Assembly: GCA_012295275.1 (NCBI GenBank)
Contig: CM022665.1
Span: 10,292,001-10,356,000 of the forward strand
Direction of reading: 5' to 3'
DNA from: Chrysomallon squamiferum
Taxonomy: Eukaryota; Animalia; Mollusca
Length of the DNA stretch: 64,000 nucleotides
Position numbers and translations under genes: made by a program. The stretch's first letter is position 1; every line of letters starts with the position of its first letter. Positions 27,782-42,311 of the stretch are shown here, one piece after another. Under the pieces are notes generated by a model. The model did no database searches. It worked only from the letters and a program-made list of their open reading frames with translations, and was not told where the DNA came from.

Positions 27782-28080
27782 TGTTTTAGGGGTAATTACA
27801 CTGGACAATGAAATCCAATGAAATCCAGAGTCAGTCAGATACTTATATTTAAAGGGGCGATTTCGTTCTCAGATCTACGCGTTTCACATTAAACTGTCAT
27901 TTGAAACTTACTAAAGCGTGTAATACAACATGCATACAGAACAATAACGCGATTAAACTGAACGTCATGCATCACTGGACAAATGCACGTACCCGTTATC
28001 TTGATTTTCTAGTTATAAGAGCTTTTTTAATACCGAAGGATATCAAACATGAAAGATAAGCACACGAGAATTTAATTATA

Positions 28081-28510
28081 GATAGCATAATTACATACTG
28101 GGCGATATCACTAAATTATTTGACGGCAATAATTAGATTCTGCTGAGAGATACTATTAAATTAATGATAGCTATATTGAGAGCAATATTATTAAATAATC
28201 GATACCTAAATTACTGATTAAATATCTAACGATTAAATTATTAAATTATCGATGGTCATAATTAGATATCAAGCGATATATTTAAATTATTGATAGATAT
28301 AATTAGATAATGAGCGAAAATATTAAATAGCTGATACTAATAGTTCGACACTGGGTAATACTTTTAAATTACTGATGGCCATAATTAGATATTGAGCGAT
28401 ATTATTAATTTATTGACAGTTATAATTAGATATCGAGCGATATTATTAAATTATTGATAGTTATAATGGGTATTGAAATGAATTATTTAACTACTGAGCG
28501 ATGTTGTTAA
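28081..28510. repeat. 41-bp period minisatellite (approx. ATAATTAGATATTGAGCGATATTATTAAATTATTGATAGTT), ~10 copies
   Basis: ATAATTAGA at 28381 and 28422 (41 bp apart), with further copies at ~28258, ~28299 and ~28129. Confidence 0.92.
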
Positions 28511-29416
28511 TAATATTATTTTTATGTTTATTTTATTTTTATTTTTTTAAACTGATCAATGTTATTAACTTGCAGATCTGTTTTGCTGGATACAGAACAT
28601 TAATATTAAACTGAAGATGGATGTAGTGAGATATCGATCTATACTATCAATGCGTATAAATTTTAAATTTCAGTTTGTGAAGAAGATAAGATACATGAAG
28701 TCAAAGAGTGAAAATGCAGTGATCGTGTACAACATAACAAAGCGAAGGTATGTCGTAGCGAAGGTATGTCGTGCAGTTTCACATATTTCTCGAAAATATT
28801 CAGGTGAATATATGAATATATGTTTATATATTATTTCTGTTGGTGACTTGCATACACTTGACCACACACTTGAATCCGCTGCTGCAGATTCTTGTCTCCA
28901 GAAAATAATTTTCTGCAAGAACGTAATAGAATTATAAATTTATTTCCTGAATTTCATTATATTTATATAACGACAAACAGTACAATGTTGCTGAAAAGGA
29001 TAGATAGAAATCTTAGAAGTCTATGAATAATGCATTAGACAAAAAAAAAAAAAAAATATCCATAAAACAAAAACAACACAAGCTAAAAATTCACGAAGTT
29101 TTGATAAATAAAGAAAACATAAACCCAAACAACCCGAGGTGTATGGAAATAAATTTAACGCATCGCATGGCAAGTAAGTACATTATATATACGTACATAT
29201 AAAGTTGTTTACGGTGATTAAATAAGTACATGTACCTTATATCTAGGTTCGCAGTTGTTTACAGAGATTTTTTGAAGAAAGAAAGAAAGACAAAAAAAAT
29301 ATGCCTATGACATTTGTTTTGTATTTGAAAACCCAGCGAAATTTATTACCACGAATTTGAGTTTGTTGTCCCGAATCCTAAACGTATCCAGGGGTGGGAG
29401 AGGCGTTTCCAGCACC

Positions 29417-29905
<489 letters not shown>

Positions 29906-30844
29906 AAAATAATGAAACTCAGTTAATATTCTTGGATTCGCCCTTGTATATGTCTCTGTTTTCTTTCTCGTCAGGCGTGTTGTATCACTTATGACATTTC
30001 TGTGGACGATTTGTCACGGGTCGCGTAACTTTACTAGCTAACCATCTAAAAAAAAAAAAAAAAAAACAAAAACAAAAACAACAAAAGTAAACCATAAATA
30101 GACGGAGACGAATATGTAACATTTAAAAACTACGACCTCCAGATATATACTGTTGTTTTATGCTTCGCTGATGTAGTACTTTTCACAAACAAAAACATTT
30201 ACAAGTCACGGACGGACGATCTGGCGCGTACGTACGCTTTAAAACAGACTAGTTTTGAAGGCTCTTTTCTCGCTCCTGTTTAATGAGCGTAATGATCTAC
30301 AACGTCACAGACGACTTCATCACACATATTTACAGAAAGGATATACGCGTGTCAGCTGAATTTTGAAAAGAAAAATAATAAAAGGAAACAAAACAAACAA
30401 CAGAAAGAACTATTGGCATGTCAGGAACGTTTCAAAAAAAAAAAAAAAAAAAAAAAAAATAGAGAAAAACACAACAATTAGCTATAGAGCTATAATGGTT
30501 ATTCAATTATTCAGTACGCTGGAGATATTCATAAAGATCCCGTTAAATCCCAGCGGTGTTTTTAATTATAATTCCGTTAACTATTCTTTTCATCGTGGTT
30601 TAATATTAGCCTTAGTCATATTTTTGTTTGTTAAAACCGTTTACTGATTATTCAGTGACATCCGTTTCACTTAGAACTCTGCCTTACAAATTTGGTAGTT
30701 AAGAACATAAGTACTGCCAAGCATTCAAATCTGTAAATAAAACGCACCGTTTAGTGCATTCATTACAATGCTATATAATTCACGATCTTTTAAACAATTA
30801 CTCATAGCTGATTTCTTATTCATCAGTCTCATTATGTTCTGCTT

Positions 30845-31141
30845 TTACGTCATCATCGTTGTCATCGTCATCATGATTATTCTCATCATAATCATCACCA
30901 TCGTCATCATCACCACCACCATCGTCATCATTCTCATCATCATCATCATTTTCTTCTATATCTCTGCTTTATGCTTGAAGTATTCATTAGATTACTTACG
31001 TTAATGTTTTCTAGTTTTTTTTTTGTCTCATATATTTAATTGCTATGGCTTGGAAATAACCCAATCTTTCTTTTCGTTTTTTTTGTTTTTGTTTTTTTCT
31101 CTTAAATGACAAATTGACAGGAAATTAAAATAATACATAAG

Positions 31142-31196
<55 letters not shown>

Positions 31197-31199
31197 TAA

Positions 31200-31234
<35 letters not shown>

Positions 31235-31235
31235 A
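30845..31235. repeat. (ATC)n, (AAT)n and (AAAT)n microsatellites
   Basis: Direct reading. Confidence 0.9.
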
Positions 31236-31443
31236 AACGAAAATGTAAACAGCAAAACGCCATTTAGAACTTACGTTGCTTAAATTTCATCAGCAAAGCT
31301 ATGTACGTATTAAAAAATCATAATGACGTACATGCATTTTCGATTAACGCATTTCAATTATGGGACAGTTTACATTTTTGCACTACAGTTGACAAAATCT
31401 TGTCAGTGTTTATAGTTCATTCATTTTTATTAAAACAAATTTT

Positions 31444-31446
<3 letters not shown>

Positions 31447-31517
<71 letters not shown>

Positions 31518-31881
31518 AATATGCTGACCTTGGAAATAAATACCAAACAAATATTTTCAAAATTATCATTAGACTCATTCTATTCATTTGGTCGTATTAA
31601 CTTCTGGAAACACAGAATGACATTGGAGTTGTTAATAATGGGAAATTTAAAACGGAAATGACACTAATATCCAGTGGCGTACTGTATAGCTGTTTCCGGT
31701 CTCATCCACAAACATCCACTGATATCAATAGCACGTCTATCCGGGGCGTTCATTAAAATCCTTGACCTTTGCTCTTCGAATGAATGAAAATATTATTTGA
31801 TTTTATTACTTGTTATTGTATTTTGTTTATTTATTTATTTATTTGTTTGTTTTATTTATTTATTTATTTGTTTTATTTGTT

Positions 31882-31935
<54 letters not shown>
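31447..31935. repeat. (GA)n (31447-31514) and (TTTA)n (~31820-31935) microsatellites
   Basis: Direct reading. Confidence 0.9.
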
Positions 31936-31936
<1 letters not shown>

Positions 31937-32066
31937 TTTGTTGTTTATCTGTCAGAATATTTTGTTTAGCTGTTGTTTTTATTTTGTTTCTTTTCGTTTT
32001 GTTTGGTTTTCTGTTTTAATGTGTGGATCTTGCATTTTTAATCCAGTTTTGGAATTATAAGATAAA

Positions 32067-32099
<33 letters not shown>

Positions 32100-32329
32100 A
32101 AAATAAAATAAAAGAATGAAGAAGAAAACCATCAACAATAACGACGACAAAAATTAATAACAACATTATCAGTGTCAATTGTTTTATCAATAAATCGGTC
32201 ATAATGGTTCTTTTAAATATAAACTGCTGTTGTTTATGAAAATGTCTCTCTATCTGACCCATATTTTAGAATTTTACGTTTGTAAATATCATAAACATAA
32301 TGATTAATCGTTATTTCAAACAAACGGAA

Positions 32330-32600
32330 TGACTGAATGAATTTTTGGAAAACTCATGGCATTTTCAGTAGTAACATATTTACCTTGCAGTCGGCAATTC
32401 TCAAATAATCATATCGAGAAAAGAAACACACTGCCACTTCGATTGCTTTCATCGGTTAGCAGCGGGGAATCTTTTAAAAACATCGTTTTATAGGCTTTCT
32501 AACATATTTTTATAATCCTCCTGCGTCGTATTGGACAGAATGGGTAACAGATTAATAAAAGGACTGTCTAGGATTGACTCTGCGCTCAGAATGGTTTTCT
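32330..32600 (-). mobile_element. Degenerate core SINE
   Basis: GAGAAAAGAAACACACTGCCAC...GGTTAGCAGCGGGGAATCTTTTAAAAAC, collinear with the 15135 and 20850 copies. Confidence 0.5.
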
Positions 32601-33764
32601 AAATGTTCACACACACATATATTCACGTACACATGCATATACACACAAGCTCACGCACACGTACACGTACATACATACATATACACACACACACACACAG
32701 GTGCACACGCTGGTAAACACACGTACACACACTGGCACAACACAAGTACACACACATACATACATCACAAAAGGATATTAAAATACACTGTATTTTCTTT
32801 GAACATAATAGACAGTGATTAAAGAAAGATAAAGGTATATCAACAGGATACCTGATTACTTCGTTGAGATAAACAAACAACTATATGTTTACTTGTGATG
32901 TTCGTAACCTAGAGATAGTTTTTTCATGGTCCAGTTATTCGTTACAATACAAAATAGAATTGAGTAAAAAAAACGTGACACAATCATTTTGCTAGTAGTT
33001 GAAAAAAGGACAGTTCACACTCCACGATTTGTGTTTAGACGTAGATATAAATGTAGAATGATGGTATTTTTATTCATTCTAAATTTCCGTTGGCCAGTCG
33101 CTTTTCAGATTAGAGTTCTTCATTCTTTATTGTATATACTAATTATTTTATTTTATTTTATTTTATTTCTTTATTTATTTTATTGTTTAGTCATCTTGTT
33201 TTTTTTATACAAGCTTCTAGCCGAACCAGTTTTGGTTTCTTTTTCTCATTTTTCAAGAATTTTGATACATAAGTAAATACAGTACTGTTCGTATCTTTCT
33301 TTGTTATTACAACCAGACTTGTCGTCAGGCCAGTAATCCGTATTGAAGTGAATTTAATTCTATTCAAGCAATAACGAATAGCAGTCTGCACATTAACGTA
33401 ACTTTGTCCTGTTCCGATTTCTACAAAGATTACAAATCTCATACTACAAACTGTTATTGTAAGTAGCGTTGTAGGACTGCAACTTTAGTTACGTATGGTT
33501 GACTGCCTATCCGTAGCGTAAAACAGCCTGTGATTATTTGATTTTCAAAATGGCTCCACCCTCAGTCAAAAGAGTCAAAAAACAAACGATAAAAGTACAC
33601 ATGTGAACGATTGTGTGGAAAAAACTTACTTGAATCATTTGTGTAGAAAAAAGTATTTTATAAAGTATAGTATTTTAAAACTGACCAGTTCAGTCTATAA
33701 CTTCAAAGACTTTTACAGAAAATATGCATGCATACGTACATACATACATCTATACAAACATACA

Positions 33765-33798
<34 letters not shown>

Positions 33799-33949
33799 CA
33801 TACGTACATACGTACATACAAACATACATACATAAATAGTTTAATACCATCTGAAAACATTTCTATAGTGACTGTTAATAAGAATGAAATCAAATGATTT
33901 TCGTTCAAAGATAAATTTGAACAAAAAACACTACGTTCATTCTCTGCTC

Positions 33950-34140
33950 TACTTTTACCAGTTAACACGAACGGCTCATTCATACGCATCTTCTCATAGA
34001 CAGGAAAAAGACATACCGTGGCCTTTGTGGAACACTGGTTAGTATGGTATAATAGCCCAAAGTGGTAATCAATGAGAATTGATTCTGTGATCTGTAATTC
34101 TTCATGTGAACGCTTAATCACTGACCAATAACTCGCTTCA
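33950..34140 (-). mobile_element. Degenerate SINE 5' half (tRNA head end)
   Basis: CATAGACAGGAAAAGACATACCGTGGCCTTTG...CACTGGTTAG...AATAGCCCAAAG...GAACGCTTAATCACTGACCAATAACTCGC; the reverse complement of the right end reads as an A-box-like head. Confidence 0.55.
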
Positions 34141-35826
34141 GTAAATGTTTATAGATTCAGCGTCAAACTGACATTTCGCGTGCCTCTGTCTATTTATTTC
34201 AAACACTTTGGATAGGTAAAGTTTTTACAGTTTCTGTCTGGTATTAATACACGTGTCAGTGTATCTGTATATATTATTAAGTAGCAGGAACAGATACATT
34301 AAGATGGGATTCCACAAGTAATGGAATTACTTGCTCGAATGACCTTTACATTATCAAGATGTCCCGAACGAGACAAAAACGACCTCAAAAGCTAAACAGC
34401 AAATGTATCTATTTTAGTCTGGACAAACTAAATCACTTAAAATAACTGCGATTATCTTTCAACAATGGGTTCGTGGAAAGAAGATCGCCTGATAAGAAAC
34501 ACTGTTTGTTTTGTTTGTTGTCTTGGTTGACATCGATCGTTAGCTAATAAATAAAGCCATTGATTTTGTACCAAAGCGAAATGCGAGCGCGTATTATTGA
34601 AGCTATCAGTGTCTGATACACACGCGAATGAATCGTCTTTCAGTTCCAAGCTTAATGTAAGACAGACAAGACAGTCTTGCATCACTGCAGAAACGTCTGT
34701 CATTTTGATTAGCAGATGTAATTCGCTCCGCTCGCGTGTCAAAGCACCACCGATTGTTTTAATTAATCCAAGCTCTTATCCAAAGCAAATACAAAAATGC
34801 GTGTAAAAATCTCTTTCCAAACAAGCAAACCCTTCGGCTATTGTGTAAATAAATGTTGTTGTTTTTTAATTGTTTTTTTTTTTTTTTTTTTATTGAAATC
34901 ACGGGATTAACAATACATTTGTTGTAATGCAGGTTCATCATTATTCATCGAAATGATTGGAAATGTTTTGACGTGTTAATGTTGTATTTTCGTGTGTTAT
35001 AGGTTAAAATGACTTTTTTGTACTTGAATTATAAACACAAAATTATGTCTGAAAACACCATTTATAAATGTTAAATCATTCGCTATAATAATAATCATTT
35101 ATATTTGAATTGTATGGTATGGTTCCAAGCTTTTTAAAAATCGTTATTACTTCTTTTCTGCTTTCATTTTTCTTTTTTCTTTCTTTCTTTCTTTCTTTCT
35201 CCCTTCAGTTCGTACTTCGTTCTGTCGTTCGTCCTTTTAAAATATAAAAGAATAGAATTTTAATTATTTTAAATTAATTTTTAATTGCTATTATTCTTTT
35301 TTTTTTTTTTTATATACATTAAACAACAATTTAATTTCAAAAGAAAACAGTTTATTTAAAGTTTTAGTGACATTTTTTTTTTTTTTTTGGTGCTTGTTAA
35401 TACGAACACAGTCACAAATAATCAGTTTGCTAATAAAAAAAATAAAAATAAAAATAAAAAAATTATAAAAAACAAGCTGTTTTGCTCTGAAGTTTTTTCA
35501 TACGGTTGTCAGAAAAAATAAAAAATAAAAATAATAAAAACAACAAACAGCTGTCACTCCGCCGTGTACGCGATGACGCCATCATCTGTGAAGGTGTAAA
35601 TCGGCGGCTTTCAGTTGTTTTGTAATAATATTATTTTATTGTTATGAGCGTTGATAGATCACGGAAAACAATAAAACAATATAATGGAAATGTAAAAAAA
35701 AATATCATTTATTTATTTATTTATTTACTTACTTATTTGTCTGTTTGTTTATTTGTTTATTTCTTTTTCTGTTTATTTAATGGTTTATTTATTTATTTCG
35801 TTATAATCTATTTCTTTCTTTCTTTT

Positions 35827-35861
<35 letters not shown>

Positions 35862-36480
35862 TTATATATATATATTTCGTTGGGGGAAGTGCTTTAGACC
35901 ATTCATTCACAGGCACGTTTTAAAAAGAACTAAAAACTATATTCCTGGTAATTTTAATAAATTTACTTAAGGTTTGATTTGATACCAGGTTGTTCCAAGT
36001 ACAGCGGAAATAACAGGATCAGATACAGATAAAAGATATGACAAACACACTTTATTAAATGCATACATTTCATGTTAGGATCAGCACATAGCGTTAATCG
36101 AGTTGGCGATATCAAAACGCTGTTATGCTTAATGGTTATTGTATGTAGGTTTTTTTTCTCTCTCTTTTTTTTTTTTTTTTTTTTTTTTAAGGGGTGAGTT
36201 GTGATTATTATAATGCTCGGGTAAATATATACATTTATATTAAACACCTGCAAATGCTAACAAAAGACGATCTCATCAAAAATAAAACATTGATAGAACA
36301 TTTAAGGTTCAAACTGTGGCAGATATGTTATTGCTAAAACAATGATTTATTGCGCTACACTATACGGGCGTTTTCTGCAAAAACAATCGACATATTGTGG
36401 CGATGTCGTTCACATAAAACATAAATGTGTTCATCCTACAGGGCGAAACCGCCTTCTACAGAGATAAAGAATTATTGAAT

Positions 36481-36658
36481 ATTTTATATTTAATATATTT
36501 AGAAAACAAATGTAGCATGGCTTAAACGTTAATAAATAATAATAGTAATAAAAAAAAAATAATGTGTATTTGGTTCGGTAGTGATAAATAGGATATATTA
36601 ATGTTGCTGTTATTATTGTGAAATATTTAAGTTGTTGATAATAAAAACAGGATGTTGT

Positions 36659-36756
<98 letters not shown>

Positions 36757-37071
36757 ATAATATCACTCAGTTACTGTCTTGACTCCTTGGCCTAATATAT
36801 AATGGATATTTAAAGATGGAATAAATAATTAATTGAATGTTTAAGAAAAACAACATCCTGTTTTTATTATCAACAACTTAAATATTTCACAATAATAACA
36901 GCAACATTAATATATCCTATTTATCACTACCGAACCGAATACACATTATTTTTTTTTTTTTTTTTTTTTTTTTTATTACTATTATTATTTATTAACGTTT
37001 AAGCCATGCTACATTTGTTTTCTAAATATATTAAATATAAAATTAATTGAATGTTTAAGAAAAAAACAACA
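36481..37071. repeat. Near-perfect ~180 bp inverted duplication with flanking ~30 bp direct repeat
   Basis: 36481-36659 is the reverse complement of 36849-37043, with one substitution and a poly(A)/(T) length difference. AATTAATTGAATGTTTAAGAAAAA(AA)CAACA occurs at 36827 and 37041. The spacer contains (CT)n 36662-36753. Confidence 0.97.
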
Positions 37072-40000
37072 ACAACAAAAAAAAAAAATAAAGATAGAAT
37101 ATATTACAAAAAAAAGAATAACAAAATAAATAATTGACACAGTCTATTAAAGAAATACATTATGTTTTGAATGGCGTAACCTTTGGGTTAACAACGGTAG
37201 AGTTAAAAATACGGTCGTGTTCTACCTTTTGTCTTGACGCTTTGTTTAAGCAGTGAACCTAAGCTTCCAGTGTTTAACATTAACACACGGGTACAAGACA
37301 AACTAATGCTCAAGACAGTGGTTCAAAAAGTATGTTCCTTTTGCCAGCTGGAATGACATAGGATCACATTTCCAGAGATACCGTTATGAGAACAGCATGA
37401 ATGAACGAGTGCGTAATATTTATGAATGATTCTTATTTGTAGCAAAAACAATGCTCTTTTGTCTCGAATGTGTGTATACGTGTCTGTAGTTTGTTTTGTT
37501 TTTCGTTGCGTAGTACTTTCAAAATATACTAGAGAAACAACATTGTGACAGAAACAAGAAAAAGAAAAATAACTGTTATCAAGCAACACAGTCTTTATGC
37601 AATAAATGTAAAATGGCGACCATTAGTGTTTGTCTTGTAGTGCCACGAATTCGTACTGAATGAATAAATTATTGTTTGGAAAAATCCTTTTGCATTATCA
37701 GCTAATAGATATTAAAATTATATTTTATTTTATTTTATTTTTTTTACAGTGAGAAGTGAAAGATCAATAATGTCTATAATCAGTACTTATCTATTATCGA
37801 CAAGAAACCTTTCCATAGTCAGCAAAGAAAAACAAATGACCCAAAAAAGACTAGAAGTAAAAAGGGTCAACTTGTCAGGATTTTTCCAAAAACAATTTTA
37901 ATTTCGTTCAATTTATATTTTTTAAATAACATTGTTTGCTTTTAATATTTCTTATAGATTCTTAAAATTATAATTATACTTATATATATATATAAAGAGC
38001 TATTCATTAATTCCGAGGAATTGTTTTCAAAATAGTTCTCCAAAAGAACAGCATTTCATTAATATATATCGGGAATGAAACACACATACTCTTTAGCATG
38101 ATACACTCCAGTGTTTTATCTTTCGAAATTGTTTTAACATTGTCGGCTACGACAAACGATTCAGTACAAGGCAACCCATTACGTGTCGTTACTTAAAGGG
38201 AAAGACCAACACATCATCTTTGTTTTAGTGGTCTAGTTGTCGATCTGCCGCTGAGCCGTTGATGAGATATATCAATAACTTACCGAACACTATTGCATCA
38301 AAGACCAGCATCAATTACATGTTCGGTCGTATATTAGATACACCGTCAGTGCAAAAGTGTCGCTATCAGACGTACGCCGCTGTTTCATTGACCACAAGTG
38401 TTGATTTTAGAATAATATATGTGGTCAACGTCGCACCGACCAAAGGCATCTCGTGGTCAGTGATTCCGAAGGCGTGTACGGGTCTGGGCAAGAGTGGCCG
38501 AATTCACAGCAGTTTTATCTGTGTGGTCACTTCAACAGGGCGATTGCGTTTTAACCTTGTTACTCAATATTCTGATTTAATAGGTTTTTAAGCCTTTTGG
38601 CGGACTCACGTCATAATTAATGTATATCTGACGTGATAAAAGTGACGGTTTTATGACAAACGTAACTTAGAGAAATTAGCCTAATAAAAGTTTGGAAACA
38701 TTGCACAATGGATATGGTAATCTGTGAAAATTGCCGTCGAAAGACGTTATTTACAAATTGTATTTTCAAATTTTTTTCGTTGCTGAAAGAGTTAATGATG
38801 AGAATAATAGATATAAGTTACAGACTGTAAGAATAAGACGGAAATACAACGCCAAAAAAATGTTATGTATTTCAATTTCGAACAGAGAGTCTAGAAGTGA
38901 AACACTAAAACAAATAATCATGGACAAACGAAACGATCTATGACTGAATATATGAAGATATAGAGAGCAAAAAGCCGCAGAAAAATAAAAAAGATAGAGA
39001 AATGTCACAGAGACACGGTTAGACAAATATAGAAAGGATTAAATAGGATAAAGATATCAACTCAAGACAATAAGATGTTTTTCTAGAACTCGTTAATGCT
39101 AATCACTCTTTTAATCCTAAGTAGGAACTTGTTGCAACAGAGAGAAGAAAATGAAAAATGAGACTATGAAAAGAACAGATGAAAGAGGATCAGACGAAAA
39201 AAAAAAAAAAATGAAGAGGAAAATACAGAAGAAAGAAACAGGAAAAAGAGGAGACGAGTACATAGGAAAAACAAAAAAATAATTTAAAAAAATGAAAAAA
39301 AATGAAATAAAAGTAAATAAAGATGAAAAAAAGCAAGGAAGAAAGCAAGAAAGGCAACAAGAAAAAAAAAAACTGTCTGTCGGATTATAAATTTAAATTT
39401 AGCCTCTTTTAAATTTTGTTTTTCTTCTAAATATACTAATACAGACAAATCAAATAAATAATTAAATTTTGTTTAAATTTTTGTGATGGCACTGAATAAA
39501 ACGCATCACATGATTGTATACCGCAGTACTGTTTTTACAAAACAAAATACAGATTCGACTACAATTACTAAAAAAAAAAATATGTATACATACATCCACA
39601 ACCAAACGTAAAATAAGACAACAACAGAAAACTTAAATAAAAACATGCGTAATAATAACACCAAACAACGACTCGATAAGTATCATCACACAAAACTTCT
39701 TTATGTTATGAAAATGTGTCTAATCACCCATCCCGTATGTAACAAACTGAGCCAAGCGGTGATTTAAAGTTTAAAAAAGAAGAAAAAGAAAAAAAAAAAT
39801 CTAGTCTGAGAGATAAAAAGGTAATGGAGACTTGTTTAGCAGACCATATTATGACGGTGTTTATTACGGTTATTAACACATTGCTTATTGACATCTCAAG
39901 TAAGGCGCAGGACAATGAAAAAAAAAAAAAAAAAAAGCAATAACTGTCATTACGACATTAGAACGTAACGTCGACCAATATCTGACGTTAAGGTGTTACG

Positions 40001-40189
40001 CGGATTTCAAATCCTGGTTTGATTATAGACTTGGATGTCACGATCGATATCATTGTAAGAATATCACAAATGAAGGAAAATAAAACAGGTACAAAACCAG
40101 AAGGTGTTGGTAGTAGAAAAGATCAACTCATGAGGTATGAGCAACACATTTACAATCTCATAGTTATACAGAAACAAACAGCAAACAGG

Positions 40190-40397
40190 GTAACAACAAC
40201 AACAATAATAACAATAACAACAACAATAGCAACAGCAACGACAATAACAACAACGCGAACAGTATAGTGCTATTACTGCTGCTGTTATTACTACTACTAC
40301 TGCTGCTACTACCACTACCACTATTACTACTACTACTGCTGCTACTACTACTACCACTATTACTACTACTACTGCTACTACTACCACTACTACTAGT
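40190..40397. repeat. (AAC/AAT)n adjoining (TAC/TGC)n trinucleotide repeats
   Basis: Direct reading. Confidence 0.93.
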
Positions 40398-40796
40398 AAA
40401 TACCTAATATCCATACACGTTAAAACGTGTTGAAATACCGCTAAGCAAACAGGCAGCTCACAACTACACAATCAACACAAGAACAACCTTTTTAAAAGTA
40501 CACTTATGTTACTGAAGTCCTTTCAGAACATCATTGTGCGTGTGTACGTGCGTGTGAACTGAAGTGAGGCCTTTCTGTTGAAACAAAGACAAAAGCAATC
40601 CCTACAACGAGTGTTAACACAATGCAGTCAGGTAGCTCTGTGACTGTTTTCATGACAAGAGATTATCAGAGATATCTGTAAGTTGTCTGAGTAAAACATT
40701 TTGAGTACTGAAAGCCCCCGTCACATGAAATATTAATAAGAAATGTGAACCCTTAAACCTGAGAATGAACAAGACTAATTATTAGCCGCAAACAAC

Positions 40797-41460
40797 CGTG
40801 TAGGGTCTAATTGTCAAAATGCCAATAACGTCAAGATTTGATGGCAAAAGGGACTGTATGTGTCGTATAGGGTCTAATTGTCAAAATATGAATAACATCA
40901 AGGTTTTATAGTAAAAGGGACTGAATATGTAGGTATAGTGAATATATCGTGTAGAGCCTATTTGTCAAAATGTGAATAACGTTAAGATTTGATGATAAAA
41001 GGGACTGATTGTGTAGGTACAGTGAATATATCGTGTAGAGTCTATTTGTCAAAATGTGAATGACGTCAAGATTTGATGGTAAAAGGGACTGTATGTGTAG
41101 ATATACTGAATATATCGTGAAGAGGCTATATATCAAAATGCGAATAACGTCAAGATTTGATAGTAAAGAGCAATATATGTATATGTATATTTAATACTAG
41201 TATATCATTTAGTGTCAAAATGTTGACCATGTAAAACAATTTGAAGGTAAAAGGTTTACTGAATATATTTTGTTACTATCAAAATGTGAATAAGTCAGGT
41301 AGATCTGAAGATAACATGGACTATATCAGTAGGTTTACTGAATTGAATATATTGTGTAACTGTCAAAAAGTTGATCACATAAAGAAGATCTCAAGATAAA
41401 CGGGAATGTATGTGTGTAAGTGTTCTGAATATTTCGTGTACTTGTGTAAAACGTGAGAAA
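40797..41460. repeat. 84-bp period minisatellite, ~8 copies
   Basis: Unit starts CGTRTAGRG at 40797, 40864, 40948, 41032 and 41116 (84 bp spacing after a shortened first unit). Shared TGTCAAAATGTGAATAACGTCAAGATTTGAT...AAAAGGGACTG; decays rightwards. Confidence 0.95.
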
Positions 41461-42169
41461 GTATCTGTACGGCGCATCAGAAAACAGTTACGTTAAATCA
41501 AGAGGTGGAGAAGAATTACTTCACCTTGTTTGCTTTTCTTCGCAGACATTTCCGAAAGATCCATTATCGCATTCCATTTAAGACAAATATTCACACAGGG
41601 TGAACTCTTGGGTAGCGCGTTTTATAAGAAAATTAGCTCTCCATTTCTACGAAATGCACCTTCAGCGCAGAATTCATATGGAATCTCTCTGAGAATGACT
41701 TCACGATCACCAGATGTCATTTCTTGCAGAGAATGTATTCGTAACCTGGCCAATATGATCATTGCAAAGTTCAACGTTTCCCATTAGATGTGTTATGTCT
41801 GCGATAACTGCGCCATCAGTCCAGTTGTAAACAGTTTGAGTTTGGTAATTGAATTCTGTTTCCCACAGACAACGGCGAGGTTTCGCTGAAGATTTCGTTG
41901 GCAACATCTCGCACTAACAGACCATCAGGGATAACACAGTGACATTCATCAGTGAGGGAGATCAGATCAGTGCACATAATTTGTGTACATTGCCAGAACA
42001 GATGGAAGACATAAAACAGATTTTTTTTTTTTTTTTTTGTGGTGTTGAGATTCGAGTGTATCTATGTGAATAGGCTACACGTGTTGAGATGTTGAATTTA
42101 GTGAAAAACAGATATAAAAACAAACTTATAAATAAATACATGACTCAGACATTTAATAATGATTTTGGG

Positions 42170-42272
42170 TTTCTTTGTTTGTTTTAACGATACATCAGCA
42201 CGCTATGCTTAAGCCGTTATTGGATGGCAAGCATACGGTTATTGTTATTGTTATTATTATTATTATTATTAT

Positions 42273-42311
<39 letters not shown>

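Noticed and set aside
27849-28075. Kolobok-like DNA transposon end (TTAAAGGGG...)
   Set aside because: I could not locate a matching opposite terminus or second TTAA target site; insufficient evidence to call
36481-37043. Foldback transposon/MITE interpretation of the inverted repeat
   Set aside because: The direct repeat flanks only the right arm, not the whole structure, and the junction microhomology fits template switching better; still needs a copy-number check
40906-41136. 28-aa repeat ORF as a C2H2 zinc-finger or other repeat protein
   Set aside because: No Cys-x2-Cys/His pattern; neighbouring units have stops and non-triplet indels; explained by the 84-bp minisatellite
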